A DNA stretch of 64,000 nt from contig CAVWLP010000002.1 in the NCBI GenBank assembly GCA_963755915.1, positions 3,872,001 to 3,936,000 of the forward strand, read 5' to 3'. Of the stretch, positions 22,834-34,690 are shown in pieces. The notes below the pieces were generated by a model. The model saw only the letters and a list, made by a program, of their open reading frames with translations, was not told the origin of the DNA and did no database searches. Positions within the stretch are counted from its first letter, which is position 1. The number at the start of each line of letters is the position of its first letter. This DNA is from an uncultured Phycisphaerales bacterium (GTDB lineage Bacteria; Planctomycetota; Phycisphaerae; Tepidisphaerales; Tepidisphaeraceae). A program made the position numbers and the translations under genes.

Positions 22834-23622
22834 ATGCGTTCCCGTCCCCCCGACGCTCTCCGCCCCATCACCATCCAGCGCGGCTTCACGCAAACCCCGG
22901 CTGGCTCAGTCCTTTGGCAGCAGGGAAACACCATCGTCCTCTGCACCGCCTCCGTCACCGCCGACCTCCCTCCATGGTTCAACGACCAGCGCCCCGGCGG
23001 GTGGATCACGGCCGAATACGTCATGCTCCCCGCCTCCACCCCGCAGCGAAAGCCCTGGCCGAAGATCGGCCACACGGATTCCCGTGGCACCGAAATCCAG
23101 CGCCTCATCGGCCGCTCGCTACGCGCCGCCATCGACTTGACCAAAATCGGCCCCCACACCCTCTCCGTCGATTGCCAAGTGCTCCAAGCCGACGGCGGCA
23201 CCCGCACCGCCTGCATCTCCGCCGCCTATATTGCCCTGCACGACGCCATCGCAAAGCTGCCCGATCAAATGCCCATGCCCAGGGTAATCTCCAAAACTAC
23301 TAACGATCCCTCCACCGGCAAACCCCTCCCGCGATACGACACAAGTCTCTACGTCCCTCGCCAGGCATTGGTCGACCAGCTCGCCGCCATCAGCGTCGGG
23401 CTTGTCGACGGCGAGGTCCTCCTCGATCTCGATTACAACGACGATTCCCGCGCCGAGGTCGACATGAACATCGCCTGCACCGCGAGCGGTAAATTCGTCG
23501 AAGTCCAGGCCAGCGCCGAAAACGGCCAGGGTTTCGACCGCAACCAAATGAACGATTTGCTGGAAATGGCCACCCTGGGCTGCAAAAAAATAATGGACCA
23601 CCAGCGCAGCGCGCTGAAGTGA
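22834..23622 (+). CDS. rph: Ribonuclease PH
   Basis: GWITAEYVMLP, RGTEIQRLIGRSLRA, LQADGGTRTA, DLDY.DDS.AEVDMN. Confidence 0.95.
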   Translation: MRSRPPDALRPITIQRGFTQTPAGSVLWQQGNTIVLCTASVTADLPPWFNDQRPGGWITAEYVMLPASTPQRKPWPKIGHTDSRGTEIQRLIGRSLRAAIDLTKIGPHTLSVDCQVLQADGGTRTACISAAYIALHDAIAKLPDQMPMPRVISKTTNDPSTGKPLPRYDTSLYVPRQALVDQLAAISVGLVDGEVLLDLDYNDDSRAEVDMNIACTASGKFVEVQASAENGQGFDRNQMNDLLEMATLGCKKIMDHQRSALK

Positions 23623-23632
23623 CGGAACTCCC

Positions 23633-26527
23633 TCACGTCCCGTACTTATCCGTCTTCCACGGATCCACCCCGTTGGCGCGCATCACCGGATCCGCCCATA
23701 TCCGCTCGCGCGGATAGTTGAAATATCCGGTGAGCCGTTTGAGATACGAAATTGCCCGCGCCGTTTGTCCGCGATCGATCAAGTATCGTCCCATCAGCCC
23801 CAGAATCGCCTGCTGGTCTGAGTCGGGCCGCCCTTTCATCAGCTTCTCAACCGCATTCGCATCCGGTCCGTCGGGCGAATTCGATTCCATTGCCGTCCGA
23901 AACAAATCCATGAAATCGCAAAGCGGCGCCTCGGTCCGCGGAAGCACTGAAATCTGATCCAGCGCGGCATTCCGGGCCGTCGTATCGTGCAGCTCATCCT
24001 CAATGCACGCGACATACATTGCCGACACCGGACCCGGAACCTGCCTCATGCGCTGCCTGTACGTCGCCAGGGCGTCCGTCAATTGATCCTGACTAAGCCG
24101 AATGTCCCCCATGATCATCAGCTCGTCGAGATCCAGATTCCCACGGCCCGCATAATAATCCATGAGCCCCCGCCGCGCCGAAGCGAGATCGCCATGCCCG
24201 GTCCGGCTGCACCAGCAGAACCAGTTCAGCGGCGTCTCCGAATAGTGGCTCATCTCCTCGGTGAACATCTGCTCGGCCGTCGAAAAATCGCCGATGCCCG
24301 AGTGCGCCTGCGCCGCCGTGAACATGCCCGGCGCCGAGGCCGTCTGCGCCGCCGCGTCCGCGTAGGGAAGTGCGCTGCGAAAGTCGTGGTTGTCCATGTA
24401 ATACCCGGCGATTTCCTCCTGAACCTGCGAAGCTTGAAGCCCGTAATCCACCCCGTGATTCAGGTAGTCGTTCAATGTCGCCAGCCACTTGTCGTTTTTC
24501 TTCTGATCCTTAAAAACGTTGGCCAGATCTTCATATCCGTCCCGGTCGGGCGAGACCGCGATATATTTGCGGAAACAGCGCTCCGCGTCGGCCCAGCGGC
24601 GCTGATGGTAATACGCCAGTCCCAGCGCCATTGAGACCGAGGGATAATCTCCGTGCTGCGCCTCATATTGCGCTGCCTTTGCCGCGTTGAATCCTTGCGT
24701 GATATCAAACGCCTGCAGCGTCGGCGACCGGGGACTCACCTTCCGCAGATGGGCCAGCTCATCAGTAATCCAGGGATAGGCTGCCGACTCCCGGGCCCAG
24801 TAAATCAGCCCCTCGATATCCGTCGCATCGTAATCCGAGTTCCTTATGATTTGCTGCCAGAACGCAGCAGAACTGGGCGCGCCCTTGCCCTGGTAACCGC
24901 TTTCCACGGTATAGATCGGAAGCTGCCTGCGCGTGCACGTCGCCAGCACGAATTTCGGTTCCATGAGCGCGAGCCCCACGCCCTTCGGGTTGGGTGCGTT
25001 GAAGTACGCCATGCCTAACGCGTCGATGAAATATTTAAACGGATGGTCCATGATCAACGCGCGCGCCTGCGAAACATAATCGCACGCGTCCACGCCCCAT
25101 TGCTGCGAAATCAGATTTGCCTGCCGGAAAACGTGCACGAACGTCGTCTCCTGCACCAGTCTCCCCAGCGCCGCCCATGACGGCTCGGCATTGTCGGTCT
25201 GCGGCGAGCCCCTCCGAATCAGCTCCTGGCAAATGATCTCCCGCGCGTCGCCTTTTGGATTGCCCCCGGGCTTTCTAAACCCCTCGATCTGGTCGGTCAT
25301 ATCCTGCGGAAACGCCGGCATCGCCTCCAGCCGCTGCACGAGCAGCGGGCTGAATACTTGCGCCCCTTCATAGCTCAATTGGTTCAGCATCCCCGGCCCG
25401 GTTTGATCGCACATCGCGTCGATCAGCCGCTGGCAGGATGGATTTACCGTAAACGCCGCCTGGGCGAAGTTCATAATCGCCCCCTGGCTTCCGCTGTTCT
25501 CCACCGTAAGAAATGCCATGAACGTTCCCAGGTGCGAAAGCGCCGGGTCCCCCGTCGCCAGGTCGACGAGCCTCCCCGTCTTGTAATCGCACAGCGGCTC
25601 CAGCAACGCCACCCATTTCGGCGGCGTTTCAGCCGGCAACTGTTTCGCCGCTTCCAAATCCTTCGATGCATCCCCCATCATCCCCGCCATCGCCCGCGCA
25701 TAGGCCCGGTCCCACAGCGCCGCGCCGAGTTCGGCTGCTCGACCACCAGCCGCTGCGCATACAGCAGAGACCGCGCTGTGTAGACCGCATATTCCAGGCT
25801 CCAGTGATATCGCGTCAGTTGCCCCAGGTTGGCGTACGCCAGAATCAGCGCTTCCATACGCGCCGGCGATTCGCCGTCGCTCTTGATCGCCGCATGCGTT
25901 TCCCGCAGGAGCCCAAACTGCGACAGCTCCTCCATATCATCCAGCCGTTGCGCCGCATCCGCCGGCGCCGGCGCGTCCGCTTTCACTGCGATCGGATTTC
26001 CCGTCCACCCCGCGCCTTGGAGGCGCTGATACGAATTCCTTTCGCGACATCGCCTCCGCCACCTCAGTCAGCGCATCCAGGTCGGCCGGCCAGGTCTTTT
26101 CGTCATAGACAAGATGCATCCGCACGTACGCCGGCTCCTGGACATCGTGCAAAATCACCTCCGGGTCCTTGAAATCCATCTCCAGCGCATCCCCCGGCGG
26201 GGGATTATCAGGCCACTCGCGCAGCGACGCATCCCGGGTCTGAAGCCCCATCTGATCGCGCGCCGCGATCAGCAACCCCTGCCGAAACAATTCCTTCGCC
26301 AGGTTCCCGCGGAATCGGAACGGAATGTCCACCTGGTTTGCCGCCAGAAAGAGGGTCGATCCCCGCGGCCGCGCCGGACCGGTCAGGTCCTTGGGCCCTG
26401 GCGCGGGCGTCACCATCTCAGCAACAATCATAACCCGATATGTATAAACCGCTCCCCCAACACACAGCAGAAACAAGAGCAGCAAAATCGCCAACCGCCA
26501 CTTCGACCGTCGATTCTTCGATTCCAT
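23633..26527 (-). CDS. Large membrane-anchored TPR-repeat protein (frameshifts near 25990 and 25700)
   Basis: Three consecutive ORFs forming one protein; N-terminal TM; TPR-like ALGLAYY..RWADAERCFRKYIAVSP. Confidence 0.6.
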
Positions 26528-26560
26528 CGCCTGCCTCCGACATGCCCCAGCCGCTGGCGA

Positions 26561-27103
26561 TCATACCACAAAGCCCAAAAACTCCACCCGCATCGACCCA
26601 TAGTCTCTCACATCCACTGCCCGCAGATTCTCGAACGCTAGTTCATCTCCCCCCTCATGCCGAAACACAACCAGCCCGCCGGTGGAAATTGGAATTCTTC
26701 GCATCAGCTCCGCAAGCTCCCGCGCTTTCTCAGTCACGAATCGGTAGGGGGGATCCAGAAAAACGAGATCCGCCTTCTCCCCCTCAAATCTCGCGCCAAA
26801 TACATCTCCCCTCGCCACCTTCGCCCGATTTCCCACCCTCAGGGCCGCGATATTCTTCTCCAGAAGCCCGATCGCGGATCGGTCCGATTCAAAAAACGTC
26901 GCCCGCATGCACCCCCGGCTCAGCGCCTCCAGCCCCAGGCTCCCCGTCCCCGCAAACAAATCGTAAACAATAGCCTCCTGCAGATACGGCATCAGCACAT
27001 CAAACACCGATTGCTTCGCCCGATCGGTAATCGGCCGGGTTGCCTCCGAAGCCGGTGGCAGGATCTTCCTCCCGCGAAACTCCCCCGCGATGATACGCAT
27101 CAC
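26561..27103 (-). CDS. rsmD: 16S rRNA m2G966 methyltransferase
   Basis: MRIIAGEFRGRK, TRP.TDR, DLFAGTGSLGLEALSRG, DPPY. Confidence 0.93.
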   Translation of the reverse strand: MMRIIAGEFRGRKILPPASEATRPITDRAKQSVFDVLMPYLQEAIVYDLFAGTGSLGLEALSRGCMRATFFESDRSAIGLLEKNIAALRVGNRAKVARGDVFGARFEGEKADLVFLDPPYRFVTEKARELAELMRRIPISTGGLVVFRHEGGDELAFENLRAVDVRDYGSMRVEFLGFVV

Positions 27104-27149
27104 ACAAATGTATCCAACTTTTCCCCTCTTCCGCTAGAATCTGCACCCA

Positions 27150-27647
27150 ATGGCCGACCGCTCCGTCCATTACGAAGCCGCCTTCGAAGCCTTCCTTCGC
27201 GACCGCGGTATCCCCTACGTCGCCGTCGACGAAGCCAAAAAAGCCCTCTTCGCCAACGCCCGCCTCAAATCCTTCGACTTCGTCGTCTACAGCAAAAGAG
27301 GCCCAAATCTCCTTGTCGACGTCAAAGGCCGCTCCTGCCGAAACCGGTCCGATCGCGCCGGCTTCGAAACCTGGGCCACCGAGCAGGACGTCAGAGACCT
27401 CATGGAATGGGAGCAAGTGTTCGGCGACGGCTTCAAAGCCGTATTCATCTTCGTCTACTGGATCGAGCCACCCCTCAGCGCCGACGCCGGCATGTACCAG
27501 CATCATGACAAATGGTACCTGATGATGGGCATTGACCTCGCCGAATACCGCTCCCACATGCGCCGGCGTTCTCCCAAGTGGGAAACGGTCTCCCTTCCCG
27601 CCCAGGAATTTCGCTCGCTTGCCCGCCCGCTGGAAAACTGGTTATGA
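27150..27647 (+). CDS. HYExAFE family protein (PD-(D/E)xK-like)
   Basis: HYEAAFEAFLR, KSFDFVV..LLVDVKGR. Confidence 0.85.
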   Translation: MADRSVHYEAAFEAFLRDRGIPYVAVDEAKKALFANARLKSFDFVVYSKRGPNLLVDVKGRSCRNRSDRAGFETWATEQDVRDLMEWEQVFGDGFKAVFIFVYWIEPPLSADAGMYQHHDKWYLMMGIDLAEYRSHMRRRSPKWETVSLPAQEFRSLARPLENWL

Positions 27648-27898
27648 TTAGGCTCATGCGCAGGAAGTTACTGGCCTTGGTCGTCATGTTTACCATGGTG
27701 GGAGTCGCTCCCCTCTCGGCTCGCGCCGACGATGAGAATTCCACCCCCAAAGACTACGACGGCCGCCTCGACAATTTCGGCAAGAGTGTGACCCTCGACA
27801 ACGGCGGCGCCTCGTTAACCTACTTCGTCTGGGCAGGCCTTGGCGTCCTCGCCTGCATCGGCTTTTTCAAGGACGCCAAGCGGTCTCACCTGGATTGA
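27644..27898 (+). CDS. Small membrane protein
   Basis: Signal peptide, C-terminal TM, FKDAKRSHLD. Confidence 0.6.
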   Translation: MIRLMRRKLLALVVMFTMVGVAPLSARADDENSTPKDYDGRLDNFGKSVTLDNGGASLTYFVWAGLGVLACIGFFKDAKRSHLD

Positions 27899-27989
27899 CG
27901 CCATTAGTTCGTGCTCCCATGTTTATCTCCGGCACCGAATATTCAGCAGCTCAATAAATTCTTCCCCCAACGAGAGGAGGCATCTTCCA

Positions 27990-28283
27990 ATGAAGTCCAC
28001 CATCTTCTGGGCCCTTTTGGGCCTCAACGCCGTCCTGTTGTTCATGTTCGCCGGCCAATTCAATCGCGTCCCCCGCGCTGACGCCCAGTTCCGCCGGCCG
28101 GCGGATTATTTGCTCATCCCCGGCGCCATCAGCACCGGCTCAACGTCCCTCGTCTACATCATCGACGCCACCAACGGCAAACTCGGCGCGATGGCTTATG
28201 ACGACTCCAGCCACACCCTGCAGACGATGCCGTCGATTGACCTGAACCGCATCTACGCCATCGCCCAGGAACAGCAGCACTAA
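27990..28283 (+). CDS. Small exported hypothetical protein
   Basis: GAGGAGG RBS; DYLLIPG..LVYIIDATNGKL. Confidence 0.6.
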   Translation: MKSTIFWALLGLNAVLLFMFAGQFNRVPRADAQFRRPADYLLIPGAISTGSTSLVYIIDATNGKLGAMAYDDSSHTLQTMPSIDLNRIYAIAQEQQH

Positions 28284-28325
28284 AACGACGATTGTCAATC
28301 TCTTAAACGAATCCCGAGGCTCACC

Positions 28326-28595
28326 ATGGACAAAAAACTCACCGCAATCTGTATCATGACCATCTCGGCCGTCGCCCTGATGATCGCCAATTTCCTCACG
28401 CCCCCGCCCGCCCACGCCGAGGCCCAGGCCATGAACCGCGACTACCAGGCGGTCACCGCCATGATCCCAAGCGGCGGCGAAGGGCTCTACATCGTCGACA
28501 ACCGCACCGGCCTGATCGCCATTTTCACCTACGACCCCAACTCCCGCTCCGTCGTCCCCCGCGCCGCCCGCCCGGTCACCGACGCCTTTAAATGA
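28326..28595 (+). CDS. Small exported hypothetical protein, paralog of preceding gene
   Basis: [19 protein letters not shown]. Confidence 0.6.
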   Translation: MDKKLTAICIMTISAVALMIANFLTPPPAHAEAQAMNRDYQAVTAMIPSGGEGLYIVDNRTGLIAIFTYDPNSRSVVPRAARPVTDAFK

Positions 28596-29593
28596 ATACG
28601 ACAACTTCCATCCGCACCGACTGGACGCTTGACGAAATCCGCGAGTTGGCCAACCTCGGCCTGCTCGATCTCGTCTTCCGCGCCGCCGCCCTCCATCGCC
28701 AGTTTCATGACCCCGGCGAAGTCCAGATTTGCAAGCTGATCTCCGTCAAAACCGGCGCCTGCCCTGAAGACTGTGCCTATTGCTCCCAGTCTTCCCGCTA
28801 CGAAACCGAGATCAAGCCCACCGCCCTGATGCCGCGCGAGGAAGTCCTGGAGATCGCCCGCCGCGCCCAGGCCGCCGGCGCCAGCCGCGTTTGCCTCGGC
28901 GCCGCCTGGCGCGAGGTCAAGGACAACCAGCAGTTCGAGCGCATCCTGGAAATGGTCCGCGACGTCACCGCCATGGGCCTGGAAGTCTGCTGCACGCTGG
29001 GAATGCTCAGCGAACCCCAGGCCCGCCGCCTCGAAGAAGCCGGCCTGTACGCCTACAACCACAACATCGACACCTCCGAGCATTTCTACGAAACGATCAT
29101 CACCACCCGAAAATTCGCCGACCGCATCAACACCATCCGCCAGGTCCGCAAAACCAACGTCACCGTCTGTTGCGGCGGAATCATCGGCATGGGCGAATCC
29201 CTCGAAGATCGCCTCTCCATGCTGCAAACCCTGGCCACGATGAACCCCCACCCCGAATCCGTACCGATCAACATCCTCGCCAAAGTCCCCGGCACTCCCC
29301 TTGGCGACCGCCCCGACCTCCCCATCTGGGAAACCGTCCGCATGATCGCCCTGGCCCGGCTCCTCATGCCCGCCAGCGTCGTGCGCCTTTCCGCCGGCCG
29401 CGCCAGACTTTCCGTCTCCGATCAGGCCCTGTGCTTCCTTGCGGGTGCAAACTCGATTTTCTCCAGCGACAACGGCCAGATGCTGACGACGGCAGTGCCT
29501 TCCCCGAAATACGATGCCGATGCAAAGCTGATGGAAATCTTCGGCCTGCAGCCCCGCGAGTCGGCCCTCCGCAGCCCAACCCCAACCGCCTAG
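28592..29593 (+). CDS. bioB: Biotin synthase
   Basis: [15 protein letters not shown] radical-SAM motif, [31 protein letters not shown]. Confidence 0.97.
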   Translation: MNTTTSIRTDWTLDEIRELANLGLLDLVFRAAALHRQFHDPGEVQICKLISVKTGACPEDCAYCSQSSRYETEIKPTALMPREEVLEIARRAQAAGASRVCLGAAWREVKDNQQFERILEMVRDVTAMGLEVCCTLGMLSEPQARRLEEAGLYAYNHNIDTSEHFYETIITTRKFADRINTIRQVRKTNVTVCCGGIIGMGESLEDRLSMLQTLATMNPHPESVPINILAKVPGTPLGDRPDLPIWETVRMIALARLLMPASVVRLSAGRARLSVSDQALCFLAGANSIFSSDNGQMLTTAVPSPKYDADAKLMEIFGLQPRESALRSPTPTA

Positions 29594-29608
29594 CGCCCCG
29601 CGAATTTT

Positions 29609-29647
29609 CCCCGCCCCCGGTCACCCGGGGGAGGGTCGGGGAGGGGG
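29609..29647. repeat. REP-like repeat, family A, copy 2
   Basis: ccccgcccccggtcacccgggggagggtcggggaggggg. Confidence 0.65.
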
Positions 29648-29715
29648 CCGGAGCAGACAAGCCGTTTGATCTACTACAAACGCCCAGTAAAATGCGTACA
29701 CGCGGCCTGCAGCTC

Positions 29716-30187
29716 CGGCATTATCTCCTCCTCCGCGCGCTCCCTCACCGACGGCTTCCGCTACGGCGTCGGCTGGGCCGATTGCAAAGACGGTGTCGTC
29801 TCCGGCCTCACCTCCGGCCGCATCGAAATCAAATACACCCTCCTCGGCGACGCCAACCTCGACGGCACCGTCAACGGCTCCGACTTCAGCATCCTCGCCG
29901 CCAATTTCGGCAAGGGCCTCACCAACTGGGACCAGGGTAATTTCCTCTACGGCTCCTCCGTCAACGGCTCCGATTTCTCCGCCCTCGCCGCCAACTTCGG
30001 CCAGGGCGACAGCGGCGCGGATGTCGCTGTCTCCCCAGCCGACATCGCCGCGCTGGATGCGTTTGCTATCTCCAACGGCTTGCCGCTGCCGGTGATCGAC
30101 GCGGTGCCGGAGCCGGCGTGCGCAATGACGATGGTCATGGCGATTTCAGGAATCCTTTGTAGGCGGCGACGACCATCGCTCCGTTAG
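29716..30187 (+). pseudogene. Orphan C-terminal fragment (dockerin-like + PEP-CTERM) of a surface protein
   Basis: YTLLGDANLDGTVNGSDF..GNFLY..VNGSDF, VPEPA+TM+RRRR; no N-terminus or signal peptide; parallels 33127-33530. Confidence 0.65.
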
Positions 30188-30463
30188 CCTGCAAAAAGCA
30201 AAGTCAGTTTTTTGCTTGAGTTCCGTGGTTCGTCCTGTAGGATGCTGCGCCAGAAGCGACTTTTCTCTGTTTCATCCGAAGGACGATCGGCTTTTCTTAA
30301 GGGGTCGGTGTGTCCCTTGGATTCTGCTCCGTATCTCCGGGCCCTTGCGGCCGAAGTGTACCCTGAAGGGTTGCAATCGGCCGCGTTTCTCATCGTTGTT
30401 CAATTGATTTGAGTCTGTCCGTGTCCCATGGGACCCCGACTGCTCATTTTAAAAAGGGGAGTT

Positions 30464-33400
30464 ATGAGGTTTCCTGAATTTCGCGGCGTCCATTCGTCAC
30501 GGTCCCGGACATCCCGCAAGTACGACGGCAAGTTAAGGAACGGTCAGTGGGCGCTGGCTTCGATTGTGGGGGCGATTGCCGCCTCCGCACACGCACAGGC
30601 CGTAAGTTGGGATGTCGATGCCAGCGGCTTATGGACCACCGCCGCCGACTGGTCCTCCAGTCCCTCGCTCCCCGGCCCCACCGATAATGTCACCATCGAC
30701 CAGCCCGGATCCGTCACCGTCACGCTCTCCTCGGGCAGTTGGGCGATTGACTCCCTCGTCGAGGATGACACCCTGACCTTCTCCGCCGGAACCCTTGCCG
30801 TCGCCACCTCACTCCAAGTCAACGGCGTCGTCAACTTCAGCGGCGGAACGCTCGAAAATGCCACTCTCTCCACCGGTGCCGCTGGCACAGTCAACATTGC
30901 TTCCTCCATTTTCGATGATGTAGCCCTCGCCTCAAGCTTGGCCCCGAATGGCAATATGTTCATTGAGAACGGCCTGACCCTCGCCGACAGCTCCAAGTTG
31001 AGCATCGAGAACGGGAACAATTTATATATCTATAATGGCAGCCAGAGCATCACCGAGACCGACGGTGGGTCGGGCATCGTGGAGTTCGACGGCACGGGCG
31101 CCGGCAATATCGGCCCTTATCTTGGCTCACCGACACTGACCATCGGCTCAAGCATTACCGTGCAAACCGGCACGGGTTCGGGCAGCATCAGCACCGCCGG
31201 CCTCATTAACCAGGGGATTATCTCCTCCCAGACCAGCGGAAAGACCCTCGCCATTAGCAGCGCGACCCTCACCAATTCGGGCACCCTTGAGGCCACCAAC
31301 GGCGGTGTGTTAAATATTTCGGGGGCAGCCTTCACCAATTCCGGAAGCCTTCTGGCCAGCGATGGCGCGCTGGTTGACTTTACAACCGCCACCGTCAGCC
31401 TCTCGCAACTTGGCAGTTTCAGCGCCGACCCCGCCGGCGCCACCAGCGCCGGCACCATTGAAATCGCCGGCACCCTCAATAACACTGGATTGACTCTCGC
31501 TCTCACTGGCGGAGCCGACTCCCTGCTGATCCCCGGCACCATCCAGGGTGGAACCATTTCCACCCTCACTGGGCTGACATTCACCGGCACCACCATCTTC
31601 GACGGCGTGACTCTTGGCACGAGCCTGGCGATGAATGCAAATTTGTTCATCGAGGATGGCCTCACCCTGGCCAACAGTTCCAAGTTGAGCATCGAGAACG
31701 GGGAGAGTTTGTATATCTATAACGGCAGCCAGAGCATCACCGAGACAGACGGCGGGTCCGGCATCGTGGAGTTCGACGGCACGGGCGCCGGCAATATCGG
31801 TCCTTACATTGGCTCACCGACCCTGACGATCGGCTCAAGCATCACCGTGCAAACCGGCACCGGCTCCGGCAGCATCAGCACCGCGGGCCTGATCAACCAG
31901 GGAATCATCTCCTCCCAGACCAATGGAAAGACCCTCACCATCAGCAGCGCGACCTTCACCAATTTCGGCGCCCTCCAGGCCACCAATGGGAGTGTGCTTG
32001 ATTTTACGGGTGCGACCTTCACGAATTCCGGAACCCTTCTGGTCGGCGATGGCGCGCTGGATGACCTCACAACCGCTACCGTCTCCCTCTCGCAACTTGG
32101 CACCTTCAGCGCCGACCCCGCCGGCGCGACCAGCCCCGGCACCATCGAAATCGCCGGCACGCTCAACAACACCGGATCGACACTCGCCCTTACCGGCGGA
32201 GCCGACTCCCTGCTGATCCCCGGCACCATCGAGGGCGGAACCATCTCCACCCTCACGGGGCTGACATTCACCGGCACCACCACCCTCAGCGACGTGACTC
32301 TCGGCGCCAACCTGCCGATGAACGCCAATTTGTTCATCGAGAATGGCCTGACCCTCGCCGACAGTTCCAAGTTGAGCATTGAGAACGGGGATGAATTGTA
32401 TATCTATAACGGCAGCCAGAGCATCACCGAGACCGACGGTGGGTCGGGCATTGTGGAGTTCGACGGCACGGGCGCCGGCAATATCGCTCCTTACATTGGC
32501 TCACCGACCCTGACGATCGGCTCAAGCATCACCGTGCAAACCGGGACCGGCTCCGGCAGCATCAGCACCGCCGGCCTGATCAACCAGGGGATTATCTCTT
32601 CCCAGACCAGCGGAAAGACCCTCACCATCAGTAGCACCACCTTCACCAATTCCGGCACTGTTGAGACCTCCAATGGCGGAGTGCTAAGCATTTCAAGCAG
32701 TACATCCGTAACCAACACGGGCCAGTTCACCAACGCCGGTACGACCTCCCTGAATACCATCAGCAATTCCGGCACCTTCACCCAAACCGGCACGCTGACC
32801 GAAGCCGGCAACTTCCTCAACAGCGGCACCGCCAGCTTCGGTGGCACGCAAAACTGGACCAAAGGCACGACGCTCACCAACAGCGCCGGCCTGGCCACTT
32901 TCGAATCCGATGCCGGCTCTGCCTCCGCATACGATCTGAACATGAACGTCACCGGCGGGCTCGTCACCCTCGAAACCCCGCAGCACTGGCAAGGCCTGAC
33001 CGTTTCCGGCAGCGGCGTCCTGGATATCACCAACAATCACATCATTATCACCTACACCGGCGCCGACCCGGTCTCCTCCATCGCCGCTTATATCAAGAGC
33101 GGATACAACGGCGGCTTCTGGAACGGGCCCGGCGTGATTTCCTCAACCGCACAGACGCTTACCGACGGGCTGCGGTATGGCGTCGGGTGGGCCGACGGCT
33201 CAGACAAAATCGTCACCGGCCTCACCAGCGGCGAGATCGAACTCAAATACACCCTCCTCGGCGACGCCAACCTCGACGGCACCGTTAACGGCTCCGACTT
33301 CAGCATCCTCGCCGCCAACTTCGGCCTCGGCGTCACCAACTGGGATCAGGGCAACTTCCTTTTCAGCTCATCCGTGAATGGCTCCGATTTCTCCGCCCTC

Positions 33401-33643
33401 GCCGCCAACTTCGGCCAGGGAGACAACGGCGCGGATTTAGCCGTGTCCCCAGCCGATATCGCCGCGCTCGACGCCTTCGCGGTCGCGAACGATTTGCCCC
33501 TGCCCACATTCGCCTCCGTCCCCGAGCCCGGCTGCGCTTCTTCTCTTCACCGCCGCAAGCGCCGCACTAGTGCGCCGTCGCAGAAGATGATTCCCGGCTC
33601 GTGTATTTTCAATTTCCTCCCTCTAAATCTTCTTCGTGGTTAG
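30464..33643 (+). CDS. Large beta-helical repeat surface protein with dockerin-like and PEP-CTERM C-terminus (tail probably frameshifted)
   Basis: G/T/S/N-rich repeats, 229-aa internal repeat, GDANLDG, VPEPG. Confidence 0.8.
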   Translation: MRFPEFRGVHSSRSRTSRKYDGKLRNGQWALASIVGAIAASAHAQAVSWDVDASGLWTTAADWSSSPSLPGPTDNVTIDQPGSVTVTLSSGSWAIDSLVEDDTLTFSAGTLAVATSLQVNGVVNFSGGTLENATLSTGAAGTVNIASSIFDDVALASSLAPNGNMFIENGLTLADSSKLSIENGNNLYIYNGSQSITETDGGSGIVEFDGTGAGNIGPYLGSPTLTIGSSITVQTGTGSGSISTAGLINQGIISSQTSGKTLAISSATLTNSGTLEATNGGVLNISGAAFTNSGSLLASDGALVDFTTATVSLSQLGSFSADPAGATSAGTIEIAGTLNNTGLTLALTGGADSLLIPGTIQGGTISTLTGLTFTGTTIFDGVTLGTSLAMNANLFIEDGLTLANSSKLSIENGESLYIYNGSQSITETDGGSGIVEFDGTGAGNIGPYIGSPTLTIGSSITVQTGTGSGSISTAGLINQGIISSQTNGKTLTISSATFTNFGALQATNGSVLDFTGATFTNSGTLLVGDGALDDLTTATVSLSQLGTFSADPAGATSPGTIEIAGTLNNTGSTLALTGGADSLLIPGTIEGGTISTLTGLTFTGTTTLSDVTLGANLPMNANLFIENGLTLADSSKLSIENGDELYIYNGSQSITETDGGSGIVEFDGTGAGNIAPYIGSPTLTIGSSITVQTGTGSGSISTAGLINQGIISSQTSGKTLTISSTTFTNSGTVETSNGGVLSISSSTSVTNTGQFTNAGTTSLNTISNSGTFTQTGTLTEAGNFLNSGTASFGGTQNWTKGTTLTNSAGLATFESDAGSASAYDLNMNVTGGLVTLETPQHWQGLTVSGSGVLDITNNHIIITYTGADPVSSIAAYIKSGYNGGFWNGPGVISSTAQTLTDGLRYGVGWADGSDKIVTGLTSGEIELKYTLLGDANLDGTVNGSDFSILAANFGLGVTNWDQGNFLFSSSVNGSDFSALAANFGQGDNGADLAVSPADIAALDAFAVANDLPLPTFASVPEPGCASSLHRRKRRTSAPSQKMIPGSCIFNFLPLNLLRG

Positions 33644-34445
33644 CTTTTCTTCAGCCCCGGTAATGGCGCCGGCGGATAAGTCGTAAACGGCGTCTCACCC
33701 CGCAACCTCCGGGCAATATCCGCCAGAATTCGATCATCTGCCATCGCGTTCGAATGCGATATCAAAATCGAATCGCTGGCTAGCCAGTAAGGCGTCATCC
33801 CCGGCGGGGCGGCATATATCTCTCCCACAATATCATCGTTCAGAAGCGTATAAGGATAAATCCTGTAGTTCGCCGTCGCGTCCGACGCCGCCAACGCGCT
33901 CAGGAATTTCGACCCCGGCCGAATCTTCCGGTGAAACTCCGTAAACCCCGCCGTTTCCGCCAGCTTCGCTCCCGACTGCGGACTGCTGATGCTGAAGAGC
34001 CGAAAATTCTCAGCCGCCGCGGATGCCCTGCATCCGGCGCCGGCGCCGCCGCATATCGCGCAACCAGCCCTCCCAAAGACACGCCGACCACATCGACTTC
34101 GCTGGTCCAAACCGGGTCGTGGCTTGGGCACGCCGCATCGACCGCCGCGAGCACCTTTTCCCGGCACTCCGCAAAGCTGTTGCAAAACCCAATCGAAACC
34201 GGAATCAGCGTCGCATGTTCCGAAACGCTGCTAAAAAACCACTGCTCATAAGTCGCCGCGACCGCCGGGTCGGCAAATCCTCCGATCAAAACCAGCGGCC
34301 GTTGCAACTCCCGCCGGTCGGTGCGCATCACGGAGATAGCCGCCTTCGCCTGCCCTTCGGTAATGTTAAACGAAGGATTCACCGGCCCCGCCGCGCACCC
34401 CCACGCCGCAACCAGAACCAGCATCCCAGGCCAACCGCATCGCAT
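33640..34445 (-). CDS. Alpha/beta-hydrolase lipoprotein, paralog 1 (frameshift near 34000)
   Basis: VDVVGVSLGG nucleophile elbow, LNDDIV, SH. Confidence 0.75.
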
Positions 34446-34690
34446 TCACGTAACATAGCACACGCTAACATGACGTTCAACCGCCAATCCGTCAGTACCG
34501 ATCCATTCCGCAAATAGCAGTGAACTCGCCAGCCTCGCAATCGCACTTGCCGCTGTTTTCCTCAGCGCTCGCCGCCGACGGCGATTTTGACTTGCAACTC
34601 GCAACTACTTTCACACCTTTCGCACTTTTCACACGTTTCACATCCTCCCCCATCCGGCATTCCCTCGCCCCGAATCCACCCTGCTCCTCA

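Noticed and set aside
29716-33530. Duplicated segment as a DGR template/variable repeat pair
   Set aside because: Mismatches are not adenine-specific and there is no reverse transcriptase in the window.
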